Position numbers and translations under genes: made by a program. Below the pieces are notes generated by a model. The model worked only from the letters and a program-made list of their open reading frames with translations. It did not search any database and had not been told where the DNA came from. 64,000 bases of DNA from Chamaesiphon sp. (lineage in GTDB: Bacteria > Cyanobacteriota > Cyanobacteriia > Cyanobacteriales > Chamaesiphonaceae), in contig CBDFFH010000029.1 of assembly GCA_965246715.1 (NCBI GenBank), forward strand, positions 64,001 to 128,000. Reading direction: 5' to 3'. Positions 22,427 to 33,889 of this stretch are shown here, piece after piece (positions within the stretch are counted from its first letter, which is position 1; each line of letters begins with the position of its first letter).

Positions 22427-23122
22427 ATGGTGCAGATGGCAGCCAGTTTGGAACTTGACTTCAAAAGCGAAACTTATAAAGATGCCTACAGTCGCATCAA
22501 TGCGATCGTGATCGAGGGCGAACAAGAAGCGCATGAAAACTACATTACCCTGGGTGGACTGTTACCAGACTCCCAAGAAGATTTAGTCAAGTTGTCCAAA
22601 ATGGAACTGCGTCACAAGAAAGGCTTTGAAGCCTGTGCGCGCAATCTCACCGTCACTCCAGATTTAGGTTTTGCCAAAGAGTTTTTTGCAGGGTTGCATG
22701 AAAATTTTCAGGTGGCCGCCGCCGCCGGAAACATTGTCACCTGCTTGTTAATTCAATCGCTGATTATCGAGTGCTTTGCGATCGCTGCATACAATATCTA
22801 TATTCCTGTAGCTGATGATTTTGCCAGAAAGATTACTGAAGGGGTAGTTAAGGATGAGTACATGCACCTTAACTTCGGCGAAGTCTGGCTGCAAGCCAAC
22901 TTTGAAGCATCTAAAGCCGAGTTGCAAACCGCCAACCGTCAAAATCTCCCGCTCGTCTGGAAGATGTTAAACCAAGTCGCCAAGGATGCTAAGGTCTTGG
23001 GAATGGAGAAGGATGCGCTAGTTGAGGATTTTATGATCGCTTACGGTGAAGCCCTCAATAATATCGGTTTCAATACGGGCGAAATCATGCGGATGTCTGC
23101 TTATGGCTTGATGGGCGTTTAG
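22427..23122 (+). CDS. ado: Aldehyde-deformylating oxygenase (alkane synthesis)
   Basis: [39 protein letters not shown]. Confidence 0.96.
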   Translation: MVQMAASLELDFKSETYKDAYSRINAIVIEGEQEAHENYITLGGLLPDSQEDLVKLSKMELRHKKGFEACARNLTVTPDLGFAKEFFAGLHENFQVAAAAGNIVTCLLIQSLIIECFAIAAYNIYIPVADDFARKITEGVVKDEYMHLNFGEVWLQANFEASKAELQTANRQNLPLVWKMLNQVAKDAKVLGMEKDALVEDFMIAYGEALNNIGFNTGEIMRMSAYGLMGV

Positions 23123-23152
23123 ACGCAGAAAACGAGCATCGCCTTAGCGCCA

Positions 23153-23190
23153 GACAAGGCACCAGAGTATCGATGCTCTGGTGCCTTGTC
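23153..23190. terminator. Hairpin between convergent genes
   Basis: gacaaggcaccagag...ctctggtgccttgtc. Confidence 0.65.
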
Positions 23191-23192
23191 AT

Positions 23193-26100
23193 TTATACAT
23201 CGTAATTTACTGCGCCTAATGCTTTTAGCCCATCGATCTGTGCTCTGGTAAGACCTTCGACACCACCGATCTTCATCCCCTCATAAGGACGGCTAGCACG
23301 TCGCGTCGAGATAAGTTGGTGAGTAGTTAGATCCCAAATCCCGATCGTTTCATCTTCGCTCGCACTGGCGATAAACCGACCGCAATAACTCACCGCTACC
23401 GACCAAACCCAACTTTGATGTCCGGTTAGAGTCCTGACACACAAACCAGTCTCCATCGACCAAATTTTAATCGTCCGATCGGAAGCGCCACTAATCAGCC
23501 ACCGACCATCAGGACTGTAGGCAAGCGATAGAATCCACCCTTCATGTCCGGTCAATGTGTGGCACAGTTCGCCCGTGTGGACGTGCCAGAGCAGAATTTG
23601 ACTATCCATGCCACCGCTAGCAAGGATAGTGCCACACGGGTCAAAGGCGACAGCGAGCGATCGATTGCTATGTTGGGTAAAGATCCGTACTGACTCTGGC
23701 TGCTGAAGATTCCAGATTCTGACGGTGGTATCTTCGCTGGTGCTCACAATCGCGGTGTCCGAGAGTGAGTCACTGGGATGATAAGCGAGACTGCCGATCC
23801 GATCGGTATGTCCGTTGCGAACGTGCAAACAGCGACCCCGCTCGGCATCCCAGATTCTAATCGTGCGATCGTTACCACCACTGACTAAATATTTACCATC
23901 GGGACTGTATGCCAGCGTGCAGATCGCCTCGGTATGTCCCCGGAGTGTATGGATGCGAACTAGCGTGCGGGCATCCCAAATGCCGATCGTCCGATCGTCA
24001 CTCCCACTGGCAAAAGTCACCCCTTGCGGATCGTAAGCTACTGTCAGGGTAGATTTGGTATGACCCAACAATTGGTGGACACAATCTGCTGAGTGCAGAT
24101 CCCAAATCCGAATCCCTGCATCGCGACTAGCCGTAATTAATCGATCGCTCTTAGGACTCCACGCGATCGATTTAAACCAATTAGAATAACCGCTGAGTAC
24201 TTGCCAGCATTTACCATCCTCGATCTGCCACAACCGGATCTCCCGGTCTTCGCCACCGCTAGCGATCGTCTGTCCGTTGGGGTGAAAAGCTACCGACCAC
24301 AAGCGTTTAGTGTGTCCCTCCAACCGCTGGAGACAATGACCGTCGGTTTGCCACACGCGTAACAATCCGCCCACTCCCGCACTCGCCAACCGTGTGCCAT
24401 CGGGACTGAAAACCGCAGACCAGATCTCATCGCCATGCCCATCGATAACTAGCAAACATCGATCGCTAGTGGCATCCCAGAGCCGCAGGGTACCATCGAG
24501 ACTACCACTAACGATCTTTTGACCATCTCCACTGAAATCTACTGTTGTCACCCAATTTGTGTGCCCTTGCCAGATGCGTAGGCAATCACCAGTGGCGATC
24601 TCCCACAACCGCACGCTACCGTCCCCACTGCCACTCAGTAATTGGTGCCCTTGCGGGTGAAACTTCAGATCCATCGACCAGCCTTGATGTCCGACAAACT
24701 CGCGGATACAAGTGCCAGTCTGGATCTCCCAGTAATAAATCGTATTGCGATCGCTCCCACTAGCTAAATATCGCCCGTCGGGACTAAAACTCAATCCGAG
24801 AGTGTGAATTCCCTCGCCGAGCGTACTGAGACAGATGCCATCTTGTAAATCCCAAATTTTGAGCGTGCGATCGTCGCTAGAACTGGCTAGATACTGCCCA
24901 TCAGGACTAAACTTAATCGCCCGCACCCAATTAGTATGTCCCAGGCAAGTGAGTACGCATTGACCGTCGCTAAGTCGCCACAGGCGAATTTCCCCGCTAC
25001 TAGTACTGGCGGCAAGGGTATTGCCATCGGGACTGTATGCCAGCGATAGCACGTTACTAAATGTTTGGGTAAAGGCGCAATCCCGCAGGTGCGAGTTGGT
25101 AAAGTTAACCCGCTTTAAGTCAAGGTTAACTAGATATGCTTGCTGGATTACCAATTCCGAGCAATCCAAATCGGTCAGATCCAACTTGAGCTGGCCGCAT
25201 AGATTTAGTAAATTACCAGCGAGATAGCCTTGATGTAGGGGATGGGTGCTTCGCCACCGCGCGAGGATTTGGTATAGCTGTGCGCCGATTTGCTGGGGGT
25301 TGCCGATGCTGGTGCGGAGTCGTTCGATCGCGGGTTGGACGATCGGCCGTAATTGCGCTTGGCGGATATACTCTTTGGCAGTAGCTTGCAAGATCGGATG
25401 CGTATCTAGCAAAAATGGTGTCTGCGTCTCGATTTCCGTACAAATGCGATCGACGAATTTACTGGTGACATATTCCATCACCATCGGTTGGAGCGACCAA
25501 TAGCGATTGCCACGTTCGAGTTGTCTACCGATCGTGAGAATAATGCTGCGACGGCACAAAAATTGTAAAACACTCAGTAACGAAGACGCTCCAGCTGCAT
25601 TGCTAGTGGTGGAGTCTGTAGGCAAACCGAACGGCTGTCGATCTAGTTCCGCCCGATCGTCATCGCGGAACTGGCGATTCCAAGCTGGATGGAGGGCTGC
25701 CTCTAAATTGACGATCGACAGCGGTTCGCGCGCGATTGCCAACCAATACATCACCTGATGTTCGACTGGTGTCAAGCGCTCCCACTGCTGTTCGAGGAGG
25801 TTATGAATATCGGTAAAACTGAATCGCTCCGATCGCAAGTAGGGATAAATTTCACTGACATCACCATCGGCGACTTCTTTCACCACTGCGGCAACAAGTT
25901 GAAACGCTAGTGGATTGCCTCCATAATAACGATCGATTTCCACCCATTCGGCTGCGGCGATCGGCAAACAGCCGCGATCGGCAAAAATCTGTTGTCCCGC
26001 TACCGCATCCAAGCCTGGTAATGTCAGGGTTCTGACCTTAGCATTCACCCCTTCTAGCCAACCCACTTCCGTCGGTTTTTCGCGACTGGTGAGCACCAGA

Positions 26101-26987
26101 CAACTCTGATGATTCATCCGTCCCAAGGTACTAAATAACTCCCCATAATCGGCGTAGCCAGATCGATATCGACCGACTTGTGCCCCACCTTGAAAAATCG
26201 ATTCACAATTATCTAAGAAGATCGCACAGCGATGTTGTTGACACAATACCAGCAATAATTCGATCTGGGCTGTTACTGATGTCGGGATGGCATGATAATG
26301 CAGATCCTTACCACCCAAGACATTTACGGCCGTCTTAGCCGTAGCCGTGCGAATTAAATTGCCGATCAATTCTGGGAGTAATTCCTTGAGTAAGGGCGCA
26401 TTGAGCAAACTCCGCCATAAAATCTGGCTGAAACTTTGACCTCGATCGGGTGCCTCATCTTCGCTCGCACTCCATTTTAGCTGGCGCTTTGGCTCGTGAC
26501 GATCGCTAGTCTGGATCTCAGCTTGCAACGCTTGTGAGAGTTCGATCGCAATTGTCGTTTTGCCCATTCCCCCCATCCCCAAGATCGTCACTAGCCGACA
26601 ACGATCGACTACCAGCCACCGATATAATTGACGACACTCCACCTCACGCCCGTAAAATACTGAGGCATCGATCGTCTCGCCCCAATCGATCCTGGGCGGT
26701 GGTAATAACGGTACATCGATCGCTGCTGGTAACTCAGCTAGTGCTAAAGACTCAATTACCTGACGAAAATTAGTTTTAGAGACTCTCTGTTCGGTAGCAG
26801 TTGCCAGCATTCGCCAAACTTGTGCGCCTACTCCCTTGAGGTAGTCATGGTCGTAGCCAGCTATTTTAGCAAGATCGCGGTAAGATCTACCCTCCCAAGC
26901 TGCCTTGAATACCATTTCTTGGGGTGCAGTTAGGTATCTTGGCGCTAGCAGTTCTTTGACCATCTCCAATGCTAGTTCTACTTCCAT
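23193..26987 (-). CDS. NB-ARC/STAND ATPase with N-terminal HTH-like region and C-terminal WD40 repeats
   Basis: FYGRE, GMGGMGKT, LTSREKP, GNPLA and many GHxxxVxSVAFSPDG repeats. Confidence 0.9.
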   Translation of the reverse strand: MEVELALEMVKELLAPRYLTAPQEMVFKAAWEGRSYRDLAKIAGYDHDYLKGVGAQVWRMLATATEQRVSKTNFRQVIESLALAELPAAIDVPLLPPPRIDWGETIDASVFYGREVECRQLYRWLVVDRCRLVTILGMGGMGKTTIAIELSQALQAEIQTSDRHEPKRQLKWSASEDEAPDRGQSFSQILWRSLLNAPLLKELLPELIGNLIRTATAKTAVNVLGGKDLHYHAIPTSVTAQIELLLVLCQQHRCAIFLDNCESIFQGGAQVGRYRSGYADYGELFSTLGRMNHQSCLVLTSREKPTEVGWLEGVNAKVRTLTLPGLDAVAGQQIFADRGCLPIAAAEWVEIDRYYGGNPLAFQLVAAVVKEVADGDVSEIYPYLRSERFSFTDIHNLLEQQWERLTPVEHQVMYWLAIAREPLSIVNLEAALHPAWNRQFRDDDRAELDRQPFGLPTDSTTSNAAGASSLLSVLQFLCRRSIILTIGRQLERGNRYWSLQPMVMEYVTSKFVDRICTEIETQTPFLLDTHPILQATAKEYIRQAQLRPIVQPAIERLRTSIGNPQQIGAQLYQILARWRSTHPLHQGYLAGNLLNLCGQLKLDLTDLDCSELVIQQAYLVNLDLKRVNFTNSHLRDCAFTQTFSNVLSLAYSPDGNTLAASTSSGEIRLWRLSDGQCVLTCLGHTNWVRAIKFSPDGQYLASSSDDRTLKIWDLQDGICLSTLGEGIHTLGLSFSPDGRYLASGSDRNTIYYWEIQTGTCIREFVGHQGWSMDLKFHPQGHQLLSGSGDGSVRLWEIATGDCLRIWQGHTNWVTTVDFSGDGQKIVSGSLDGTLRLWDATSDRCLLVIDGHGDEIWSAVFSPDGTRLASAGVGGLLRVWQTDGHCLQRLEGHTKRLWSVAFHPNGQTIASGGEDREIRLWQIEDGKCWQVLSGYSNWFKSIAWSPKSDRLITASRDAGIRIWDLHSADCVHQLLGHTKSTLTVAYDPQGVTFASGSDDRTIGIWDARTLVRIHTLRGHTEAICTLAYSPDGKYLVSGGNDRTIRIWDAERGRCLHVRNGHTDRIGSLAYHPSDSLSDTAIVSTSEDTTVRIWNLQQPESVRIFTQHSNRSLAVAFDPCGTILASGGMDSQILLWHVHTGELCHTLTGHEGWILSLAYSPDGRWLISGASDRTIKIWSMETGLCVRTLTGHQSWVWSVAVSYCGRFIASASEDETIGIWDLTTHQLISTRRASRPYEGMKIGGVEGLTRAQIDGLKALGAVNYDV

Positions 26988-27321
26988 CAGATCTTCTCCT
27001 CAACAGCTTTAGATCTAGAAATCGATTTTGCCAAATTCACGATCTCCAAGCTGAGATATAACGCTCTTGGATTAACAGTATTCCTCAGGCATTCTAACCT
27101 GTTTGACTAGTGATGTTGGGGATTATCTCTTCACTGCGATCCAATCGAACGCAGCTGACATAACCGGGGTACAATCGGTTAAAAACTGTCAGACAGCTAG
27201 TGGTAAGCTGCAAAGATTTGTCTCGATCGAGAGCGTTAGCGCCGAGTCATAAGTGGCGATCTTCCACAGCAACCACTATCGAGATAATTTAAAGATCGCT
27301 AAAACTTAAGGATAATTACTT

Positions 27322-28452
27322 ATGATGCTCGGTCAGTGGTTGGGGATTTTAGTCTTAGTATTATCGCTCTATATCTTGTGGCAAATCCGCCAAATGCTGT
27401 CGCTGGTTTTTGCCGCGATCGTGGCCGCTACCCTCCTCAATCAATTAGCGCGTAAGCTCCAACATCAATTTAGATTATCTCGTCCGCTCGGGGTGCTCGG
27501 AGCCTTAGCAATATTTATTATCATTTTAGTTGGCTTCGCGATCGCGATTTTCCCACCATTTATCAGTCAATTTCAAGAACTTACTACCACAAAATTTCCA
27601 GCGATCGTCAAATATGCCAGTCAGTGGCGCACTCATATTCAAACTTATATCCCAGCCGCACTGATTCCCTATTTACCAGATCTCAATAATCTGGATCGTC
27701 AAGTTCAACCATTATTAAAGTCGCTAGCTGGTAGTTCGCTCACGATCTTTTCTAGCTCGTTAGCTGCAATTCTCAATCTCTTATTTGTGGTGATTTTAAC
27801 GATTATGCTGCTGGCTCAACCTACCAGCTATCGGCGCGTATTTATCGCTTTATTTCCGAGTTTCTATCGACGTAGGGTGAGTGGCATTCTAACCGAATGT
27901 GAAGAATCGCTGGGCAAGTGGTTTGGTGGGGCGATCCTGAGTATGTTAGTCGTAGCCGCACTCAGTTTTATTGGTTTGATCGTATTAGGTATTCCCTTAG
28001 CTTTAGCACAAGCTATTTTAGCTGGCTTACTCAATTTTATCCCCAATGTTGGCCCGACATTAAGCGTTGTCATTCCGATGGCGATCGCCTTACTCGATGA
28101 ACCCTGGAAAGCGATTGCGATTTTTGTTATTTATCTACTAATCCAACAATTTGAAAGTAATTTTCTCACTCCCTATATCATGTCGCAACAGGTAGCTTTA
28201 TTGCCTGCCATCACGCTAGTTTCTCAAATATTTTTCACTACCTTTTTCGGCTTTCTGGGCTTATTATTGGCACTTCCACTTACTGTCGTCGGTAAGGTCT
28301 GGATTAATGCTGTCTTGATTGAAGATATTCTCGATCGCTGGAAATACTTTCGTCAGAGTCCTGCTGAATTAGACCGCACTTCACAGGTAGAAACCGAAGT
28401 GGTGATGACTTCAGAACAGAGCAATGCTGATTCGATCGACGAGTTGAAGTAG
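27322..28452 (+). CDS. AI-2E family transporter
   Basis: LLNFIPNVGP, QQFESNFLTP, GLLLALPL. Confidence 0.88.
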   Translation: MMLGQWLGILVLVLSLYILWQIRQMLSLVFAAIVAATLLNQLARKLQHQFRLSRPLGVLGALAIFIIILVGFAIAIFPPFISQFQELTTTKFPAIVKYASQWRTHIQTYIPAALIPYLPDLNNLDRQVQPLLKSLAGSSLTIFSSSLAAILNLLFVVILTIMLLAQPTSYRRVFIALFPSFYRRRVSGILTECEESLGKWFGGAILSMLVVAALSFIGLIVLGIPLALAQAILAGLLNFIPNVGPTLSVVIPMAIALLDEPWKAIAIFVIYLLIQQFESNFLTPYIMSQQVALLPAITLVSQIFFTTFFGFLGLLLALPLTVVGKVWINAVLIEDILDRWKYFRQSPAELDRTSQVETEVVMTSEQSNADSIDELK

Positions 28453-28973
28453 CGTGATTTCGGGTTAAGGATATTTGCTTATTTCGAGTCCCGCCGCCGA
28501 TTGTGTCTTGTCTCGCTTTTCGCGTCGGGTTTCCCGACGGGCGCGAGCCGTAAATCGGGGCTAGTATTACAAAGTCCGGTTGTTGCCGCTCGCGGCAAAA
28601 GCCTGCCTACGCGGACTGATTAACTAACGTCAGTTCGGGATAAGAATAGCTTGGAGACTTCTAGTCTCTAGGCATTTCCTATCCCGAACTCACGTTACTT
28701 TAACGTGAGTTCGGGATAAGGATCTTTGCTTCGTTCCAGCACCGCCGCCGATTGAAATCGGGGCTAACATTACAAAGTCCGCCTTCGCGGACTGATATCT
28801 TAGTCCGCGAAGCGAAAAGTGCGGTCTTGAGGTTTCCCCAAGTAGAGCACCTTTTCAAGACAGCGACGCGCGCTCCTCGGGTTCCCCGAGGGTTTAGCGC
28901 GTCAAGACAGGCGGACTTTGCATCATGAGCCGAGACTTCTAGTCTCTACGCATTTCCTATCCCGAACTCACGT
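28452..28973. mobile_element. Compound cluster of subtype 1 MITEs (28452-28626 truncated, 28627-28695 mini, 28703-28973) with four small nested inserts
   Basis: Five TIR copies; outer flanks TGAAGTA / TAAAGTA. Confidence 0.8.
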
Positions 28974-29071
28974 TAAAGTAGCAAGCTAGATGGCAACAGA
29001 TCGCCGATCGACTTTTAGATTTGTTCGATATTTAGAGCTAGCTTTAGAGCTTTTTTCATCAACTCCAAAAA

Positions 29072-29614
29072 TCAACCGCTCTTGGCAGACTTAGCTGCTG
29101 ACTCCAGATAATGCCGTACACCCTCACCCATCTGACGTAGATTTGGTTCGATCTTTTTACCCAAGAAATCTTCCACAACCCGAGCGATCCCACCTGTCAT
29201 AAAGCTCGGCACGCCTTTAATTTGCGCTGGATCGATTTTGAGTTCGCCACGACTTTCGATCGTAGTGGAGTTGCCATCAGCAATAAAACGATTTTTGCCA
29301 GTACAGTACACCGCCTCCGCGAAAGCATGAGTTTCGATCCGCCACTCCACTCCAAACTCCAACTCGTTCCAGAGATCGTGCTCCGTCCACGACAACATAC
29401 TCTCGCTCAGGATCGCTCTGGCGGCGATTGGAATTTCCCCACCGCCATGCCACTCATATACACAGTAAACCTTCCCATCCTCAGCTCGACGAGACTTGAC
29501 TGTCACACTCCGCACGTCTGGCATGTAAGGTAGGAGTTCGACGAGCTTGTCTCGATAGGTAGCGTAAACCAGATCGCGTGGAAAAGGGAGTTGAAGATCT
29601 GCACGGATAAGCAT
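29072..29614 (-). CDS. Hypothetical protein, START/SRPBCC-like
   Basis: Long clean ORF; FPRDLVYATYRD N-terminus and C-terminal helix typical of helix-grip folds (inference). Confidence 0.65.
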   Translation of the reverse strand: MLIRADLQLPFPRDLVYATYRDKLVELLPYMPDVRSVTVKSRRAEDGKVYCVYEWHGGGEIPIAARAILSESMLSWTEHDLWNELEFGVEWRIETHAFAEAVYCTGKNRFIADGNSTTIESRGELKIDPAQIKGVPSFMTGGIARVVEDFLGKKIEPNLRQMGEGVRHYLESAAKSAKSG

Positions 29615-29874
29615 TATGTTCTGCCTGGATGTTGGGGATAGCGATTGTCATTCCGGATTGCTACTAACGATCGCGCCATGCTAAGAAGATGTCTATTAGC
29701 ATCCTCCCAAATAATCCTCTCCAAGATATCTATCCGACTAAAATCATTACATTTCGATCTTTGTCCTCCTTCTCCTCAAATTGTTACAAGCGAACAACTT
29801 ACCGATCTCAAAGCAGCTAAATAAATTACAGTTAGAGAAGGTAATCACACCGCGATCGAAATCAAACGGGGAAA

Positions 29875-31791
29875 ATGGCTATGCACCTAAGTGAAATAAC
29901 CCACCCGAACCAGTTACACGGCTTATCGGTTCGGCAGTTAGAGCAAATCGCTCTGGAAATCAGAGAAAAACATCTTCAGACCGTAGCTGCTAGTGGCGGT
30001 CATTTAGCACCAGGGTTAGGTGTTGTCGAACTCACCCTCGCACTGTATCAAACTTTAGATCTCGATCGAGACAAAGTGGTATGGGATGTGGGCCACCAAG
30101 CTTATCCCCATAAATTAATCACTGGGAGATACAATCGTTTTCATACCCTACGCCAGAAGAATGGCATTGCGGGGTATCTCAAACGCGGTGAGAGTAAATT
30201 CGACCATTTTGGTGCAGGACATGCCTCTACGAGCATTTCTGCAGCGCTAGGGATGGCGATCGCTCGCGACCTCAAAGGCGAACACTTTAAATGTGTGGCG
30301 GTGATCGGGGATGGTGCGCTCACAGGTGGGATGGCCTTAGAAGCGATCGATCATGCCGGACATTTACCCAAAACTAATCTATTGGTGGTCTTAAACGATA
30401 ACGAGATGTCGATCTCGGCCAATGTTGGTGCGATTCCTCGTTATTTGAATAAACTCCGTGTCAGTGCGCCCATTCAGTTCCTGAGCGATAACATCGAGGA
30501 GCAGCTCAAAAATATTCCCTTTGTCGGCGAGACGATCTCGCCCGAACTCGCGCGCGTCAAGGAAGGGATGAAACGCTTGGCAGTGCCCAAAGTGGGTGCC
30601 GTATTTGAAGAATTAGGCTTTACTTATATCGGCCCTGTAGACGGCCACAATTTAGAAGAATTAATTAGTACCTTTCAAGGCGCACACAAACATCCCGGCC
30701 CCGTCATGGTACACGTCGTGACCAAGAAAGGCAAAGGATACGCGATCGCCGAAAAAGACCAAGTTGGTTATCACGCTCAAAGTCCCTTTAATCTCGCCAC
30801 TGGCAAAGGTGCTCCGGCAACAAAGCCCAAACCACCGACCTATTCCAAGGTATTTGCTGATACGCTGATTACCCTGGCCGAACAAAACCCAAATATTGTC
30901 GCAATTACCGCTGCGATGGGTACGGGAACTGGCTTAGATAAGTTTCAGGATAAGTTGCCCAAACAGTATATCGATGTGGGGATTGCCGAGCAACATGCGA
31001 TTACCCTCGCCGCTGGACTAGCAACTGAAGGAATGCGCCCTGTGGCCGCGATTTATTCCACCTTCTTGCAACGAGCATTCGATCAAATCGTACATGATGC
31101 TTGTATCCAGCATCTGCCGGTGTTCTTCTGTCTCGATCGAGCTGGAATCGTCGGTGCTGATGGCCCAACCCACCAAGGGATGTATGATATCGCTTATATG
31201 CGATGTATCCCCAATATGGTGCTAATGGCTCCCAAGGATGAGGGCGAATTGCAGCGGATGATCGTCACGGGAATTAATTATACCGATGGCCCGATCGCGA
31301 TGCGTTATCCACGCGGGAATGGTTATGGCGTACCATTAATGGAAGAAGGCTGGGAAGATCTGCCGATCGGTAAAGCGGAAATCCTCCGTCAAGGTGACGA
31401 TGTATTAATGATTGCCTACGGCTCAATGGTACATCCTACTTTACAAGCCGCTCAACTCCTCAGCGAACACGGTATTTCGGCAACGGTGATCAATGCTAGA
31501 TTTGCGAAGCCACTCGACACCGAACTATTTGCGCCACTAGCTAAAAGTATCGGCAGGGTAGTAACAGTAGAAGAAGGTTGTCTGATGGGTGGTTTCGGTT
31601 CGGCAATCGCCGAAGCACTACTGGATCTCAATGTGGTGGTACCCATCAAACGCATCGGCGTACCAGATATCTTGGTAGAACACGCTACTCCCGATGAATC
31701 GCTTGATAGCCTGGGTCTGACGAGTCCGCAAATTGCTGAAACAGTGCGGAATCGATTCTTTACACAGAAGCCTGTCGCTGTCAGCGTCTAA
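29875..31791 (+). CDS. dxs: 1-deoxy-D-xylulose-5-phosphate synthase
   Basis: [43 protein letters not shown]. Confidence 0.97.
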   Translation: MAMHLSEITHPNQLHGLSVRQLEQIALEIREKHLQTVAASGGHLAPGLGVVELTLALYQTLDLDRDKVVWDVGHQAYPHKLITGRYNRFHTLRQKNGIAGYLKRGESKFDHFGAGHASTSISAALGMAIARDLKGEHFKCVAVIGDGALTGGMALEAIDHAGHLPKTNLLVVLNDNEMSISANVGAIPRYLNKLRVSAPIQFLSDNIEEQLKNIPFVGETISPELARVKEGMKRLAVPKVGAVFEELGFTYIGPVDGHNLEELISTFQGAHKHPGPVMVHVVTKKGKGYAIAEKDQVGYHAQSPFNLATGKGAPATKPKPPTYSKVFADTLITLAEQNPNIVAITAAMGTGTGLDKFQDKLPKQYIDVGIAEQHAITLAAGLATEGMRPVAAIYSTFLQRAFDQIVHDACIQHLPVFFCLDRAGIVGADGPTHQGMYDIAYMRCIPNMVLMAPKDEGELQRMIVTGINYTDGPIAMRYPRGNGYGVPLMEEGWEDLPIGKAEILRQGDDVLMIAYGSMVHPTLQAAQLLSEHGISATVINARFAKPLDTELFAPLAKSIGRVVTVEEGCLMGGFGSAIAEALLDLNVVVPIKRIGVPDILVEHATPDESLDSLGLTSPQIAETVRNRFFTQKPVAVSV

Positions 31792-31800
31792 AGGCCAAAG

Positions 31801-31830
31801 TGAGGATGGTGGGTATCGCTACCATCCTCA
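31801..31830 (+). terminator. Hairpin after dxs
   Basis: tgaggatggt...accatcctca. Confidence 0.5.
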
Positions 31831-32003
31831 CAGCTTCTAAGCAGATTGGGCTTTGAGGTATCGCGATCGATTCGAAACTCGATCGCGATTTATACTCATC
31901 GGCGAAAGTTCACAGCTAATTTTTGTGATAATGTATTCAGATTAGTTTCTTTTTGGTGCGAATTATGAGACAAGGGTAATTAAACGCGATCTTCAGCAAA
32001 TTC

Positions 32004-32327
32004 ATGAAATACCTGAAAATATTACCCATCTTAAGTATTCTTGCCCTTCCTGTGGCGGCAGTAGCTCAATATCCGATTATTTTTAATCACGTCAAGTTTG
32101 TTTCGATGACCCAAGACGCTTGTATTAGGCGATCGGCAGTAGCAGTTAAAACAACTGGTTTCGATCGTAATTTTGAGCTAATTGGCGATGGATCCTTTGC
32201 TGTTAACGGGGAATACAGTGTCTCGGTGCGCTGTGAAATGTCGCGAGGCGTGGTGTTTTTTGCGGTAGCAGGCCCCGATAATGATACTGCTAGTAAACTC
32301 GTTGACAAGGTACAAAATGCTTTTTAA
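32004..32327 (+). CDS. Small secreted hypothetical protein
   Basis: Signal peptide (AVA cleavage), two Cys. Confidence 0.6.
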   Translation: MKYLKILPILSILALPVAAVAQYPIIFNHVKFVSMTQDACIRRSAVAVKTTGFDRNFELIGDGSFAVNGEYSVSVRCEMSRGVVFFAVAGPDNDTASKLVDKVQNAF

Positions 32328-32492
32328 AATCGACGATCGAACATATTCGATATATACCCTGGCAAGGAAGATCGACTAGCACAAATCTAACCGATCGCGC
32401 TTTGACACTCACCAGTCACTTCAATGGAGCTTCGGTAAATACTACCGTAATGCCACACCATCTGGCTCGATCGAGTGGCAGATAATTGAGGT

Positions 32493-33812
32493 ATGAGTGC
32501 CTTCATTCCCCTACCGATCGTGCCAAACCAAACTGAATCCTCATCAACTACTCCCGAACCCAAGTCAGGATTGGATGCCTGGAAAGAACGCCTAACGGGT
32601 GGCTGGAATGCCACGACTGAAAAAGCATTGCAAATATTACCTGTCGATAAAGCCGCCCAAACCGTGACACAGTGGTTTAGCGTCGATGATGCTCGGGTAG
32701 CAGAGATTCTAGCATCGGTGCGCGAAAAATTACCCACAACAGAAGCCTTGCTCGTTGGTAAACCACAAGCGGGGAAAAGTTCGATCGTCCGTGGATTGAC
32801 GGGGGTTTCGGCGGAAATTGTCGGACAGGGATTTCGGCCGCATACGCAATCTACCGAGCGATATGCTTATCCTTCGAGCGAATTACCGTTATTGGTATTT
32901 ACCGATACTGTCGGCTTAGGAGATATCGATCGAGATACCCAAAGTTTGATTAAAGAGCTAGTTAGCGATCTCGAAGCCGAAACTAATCGCGCGCGCATCA
33001 TCATTCTGACAGTTAAAATCAACGACTTTGCGATCGATACCCTCCGCCAAATCGCCAAAGAATTACGCCAAAAATATCCTCAAATTCCTTGCTTGCTGGC
33101 AGTGACATGCTCGCACGAAGTTTATCCCGCCACCCAAATCGAGCATCCCGATTATCCACCCCAATTGACATCAGTCGATCGCGCCTTCTCAGCCATCCAG
33201 CAGGCGTTTACAGGTCTATTCGATCGAGCTGTGCTCATCGACTTCACATTACCAGAGGATGGCTTCACGCCCGAATTTTATGGCTTGGAGAAGATGCGTG
33301 AGACACTCGCAGATCTTCTCCCAGAAGCCGAATCGAGAGCGATCTATCAATTACTCGATCGTGAGTCTGGTGCAGAGCTTGGCAATATCTATCGCGATGT
33401 CGCTCGCCGTTATATGCTCCCATTTTCGATCGCCGCTGCGACAATTGCCGCTATCCCCTTCCCCTTCGCCGATTTACCCGTACTCACGGCGATTCAAGTA
33501 TCGATGGTGGGGCTATTGGGTAAATTATACGGTCAAACCTTAACTCCATCGCAAGCTGGGGGTGTCGTGAGTGCGATCGCGGGTGGATTTGTCGCACAGC
33601 TAGTCGCCCGTCAGTTAATCAAGTTTATCCCTGGTTTTGGCAGCGTTATCTCCGCATCCTGGGCAGCGGCTTACACTTGGGCGCTCGGTGAAGGCGCTTG
33701 CGTATATTTCGGCGATCTGATGGGCGGTAAAAAGCCCGATCCGCAACAAATTCAAGCGGTGATGAGTGAGGCTTTTAGTAATGCCAAGGAAAGATTTAAG
33801 TTCAGTGGTTAG
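32493..33812 (+). CDS. GTPase with C-terminal YcjF/DUF697 domain
   Basis: GKPQAGKSS, DTVGLG, IPFPFAD, KFIPGFG. Confidence 0.85.
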   Translation: MSAFIPLPIVPNQTESSSTTPEPKSGLDAWKERLTGGWNATTEKALQILPVDKAAQTVTQWFSVDDARVAEILASVREKLPTTEALLVGKPQAGKSSIVRGLTGVSAEIVGQGFRPHTQSTERYAYPSSELPLLVFTDTVGLGDIDRDTQSLIKELVSDLEAETNRARIIILTVKINDFAIDTLRQIAKELRQKYPQIPCLLAVTCSHEVYPATQIEHPDYPPQLTSVDRAFSAIQQAFTGLFDRAVLIDFTLPEDGFTPEFYGLEKMRETLADLLPEAESRAIYQLLDRESGAELGNIYRDVARRYMLPFSIAAATIAAIPFPFADLPVLTAIQVSMVGLLGKLYGQTLTPSQAGGVVSAIAGGFVAQLVARQLIKFIPGFGSVISASWAAAYTWALGEGACVYFGDLMGGKKPDPQQIQAVMSEAFSNAKERFKFSG

Positions 33813-33889
33813 TTACTATTTAAGGAATTACAGAATTATCTGCTTGAATTAAATCTCGTAGCAGATGGGAAAGAAAAAGACATATTTTA

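Noticed and set aside
23193..26987. NB-ARC/WD40 protein as a novel defence system
   Set aside because: Common, expanded family in cyanobacteria; no effector or partner gene visible here
28452..28973. Clustered repeats resembling a CRISPR array
   Set aside because: Repeats are inverted TIRs with irregular spacing, there are no unique equal-length spacers, and no cas genes are present
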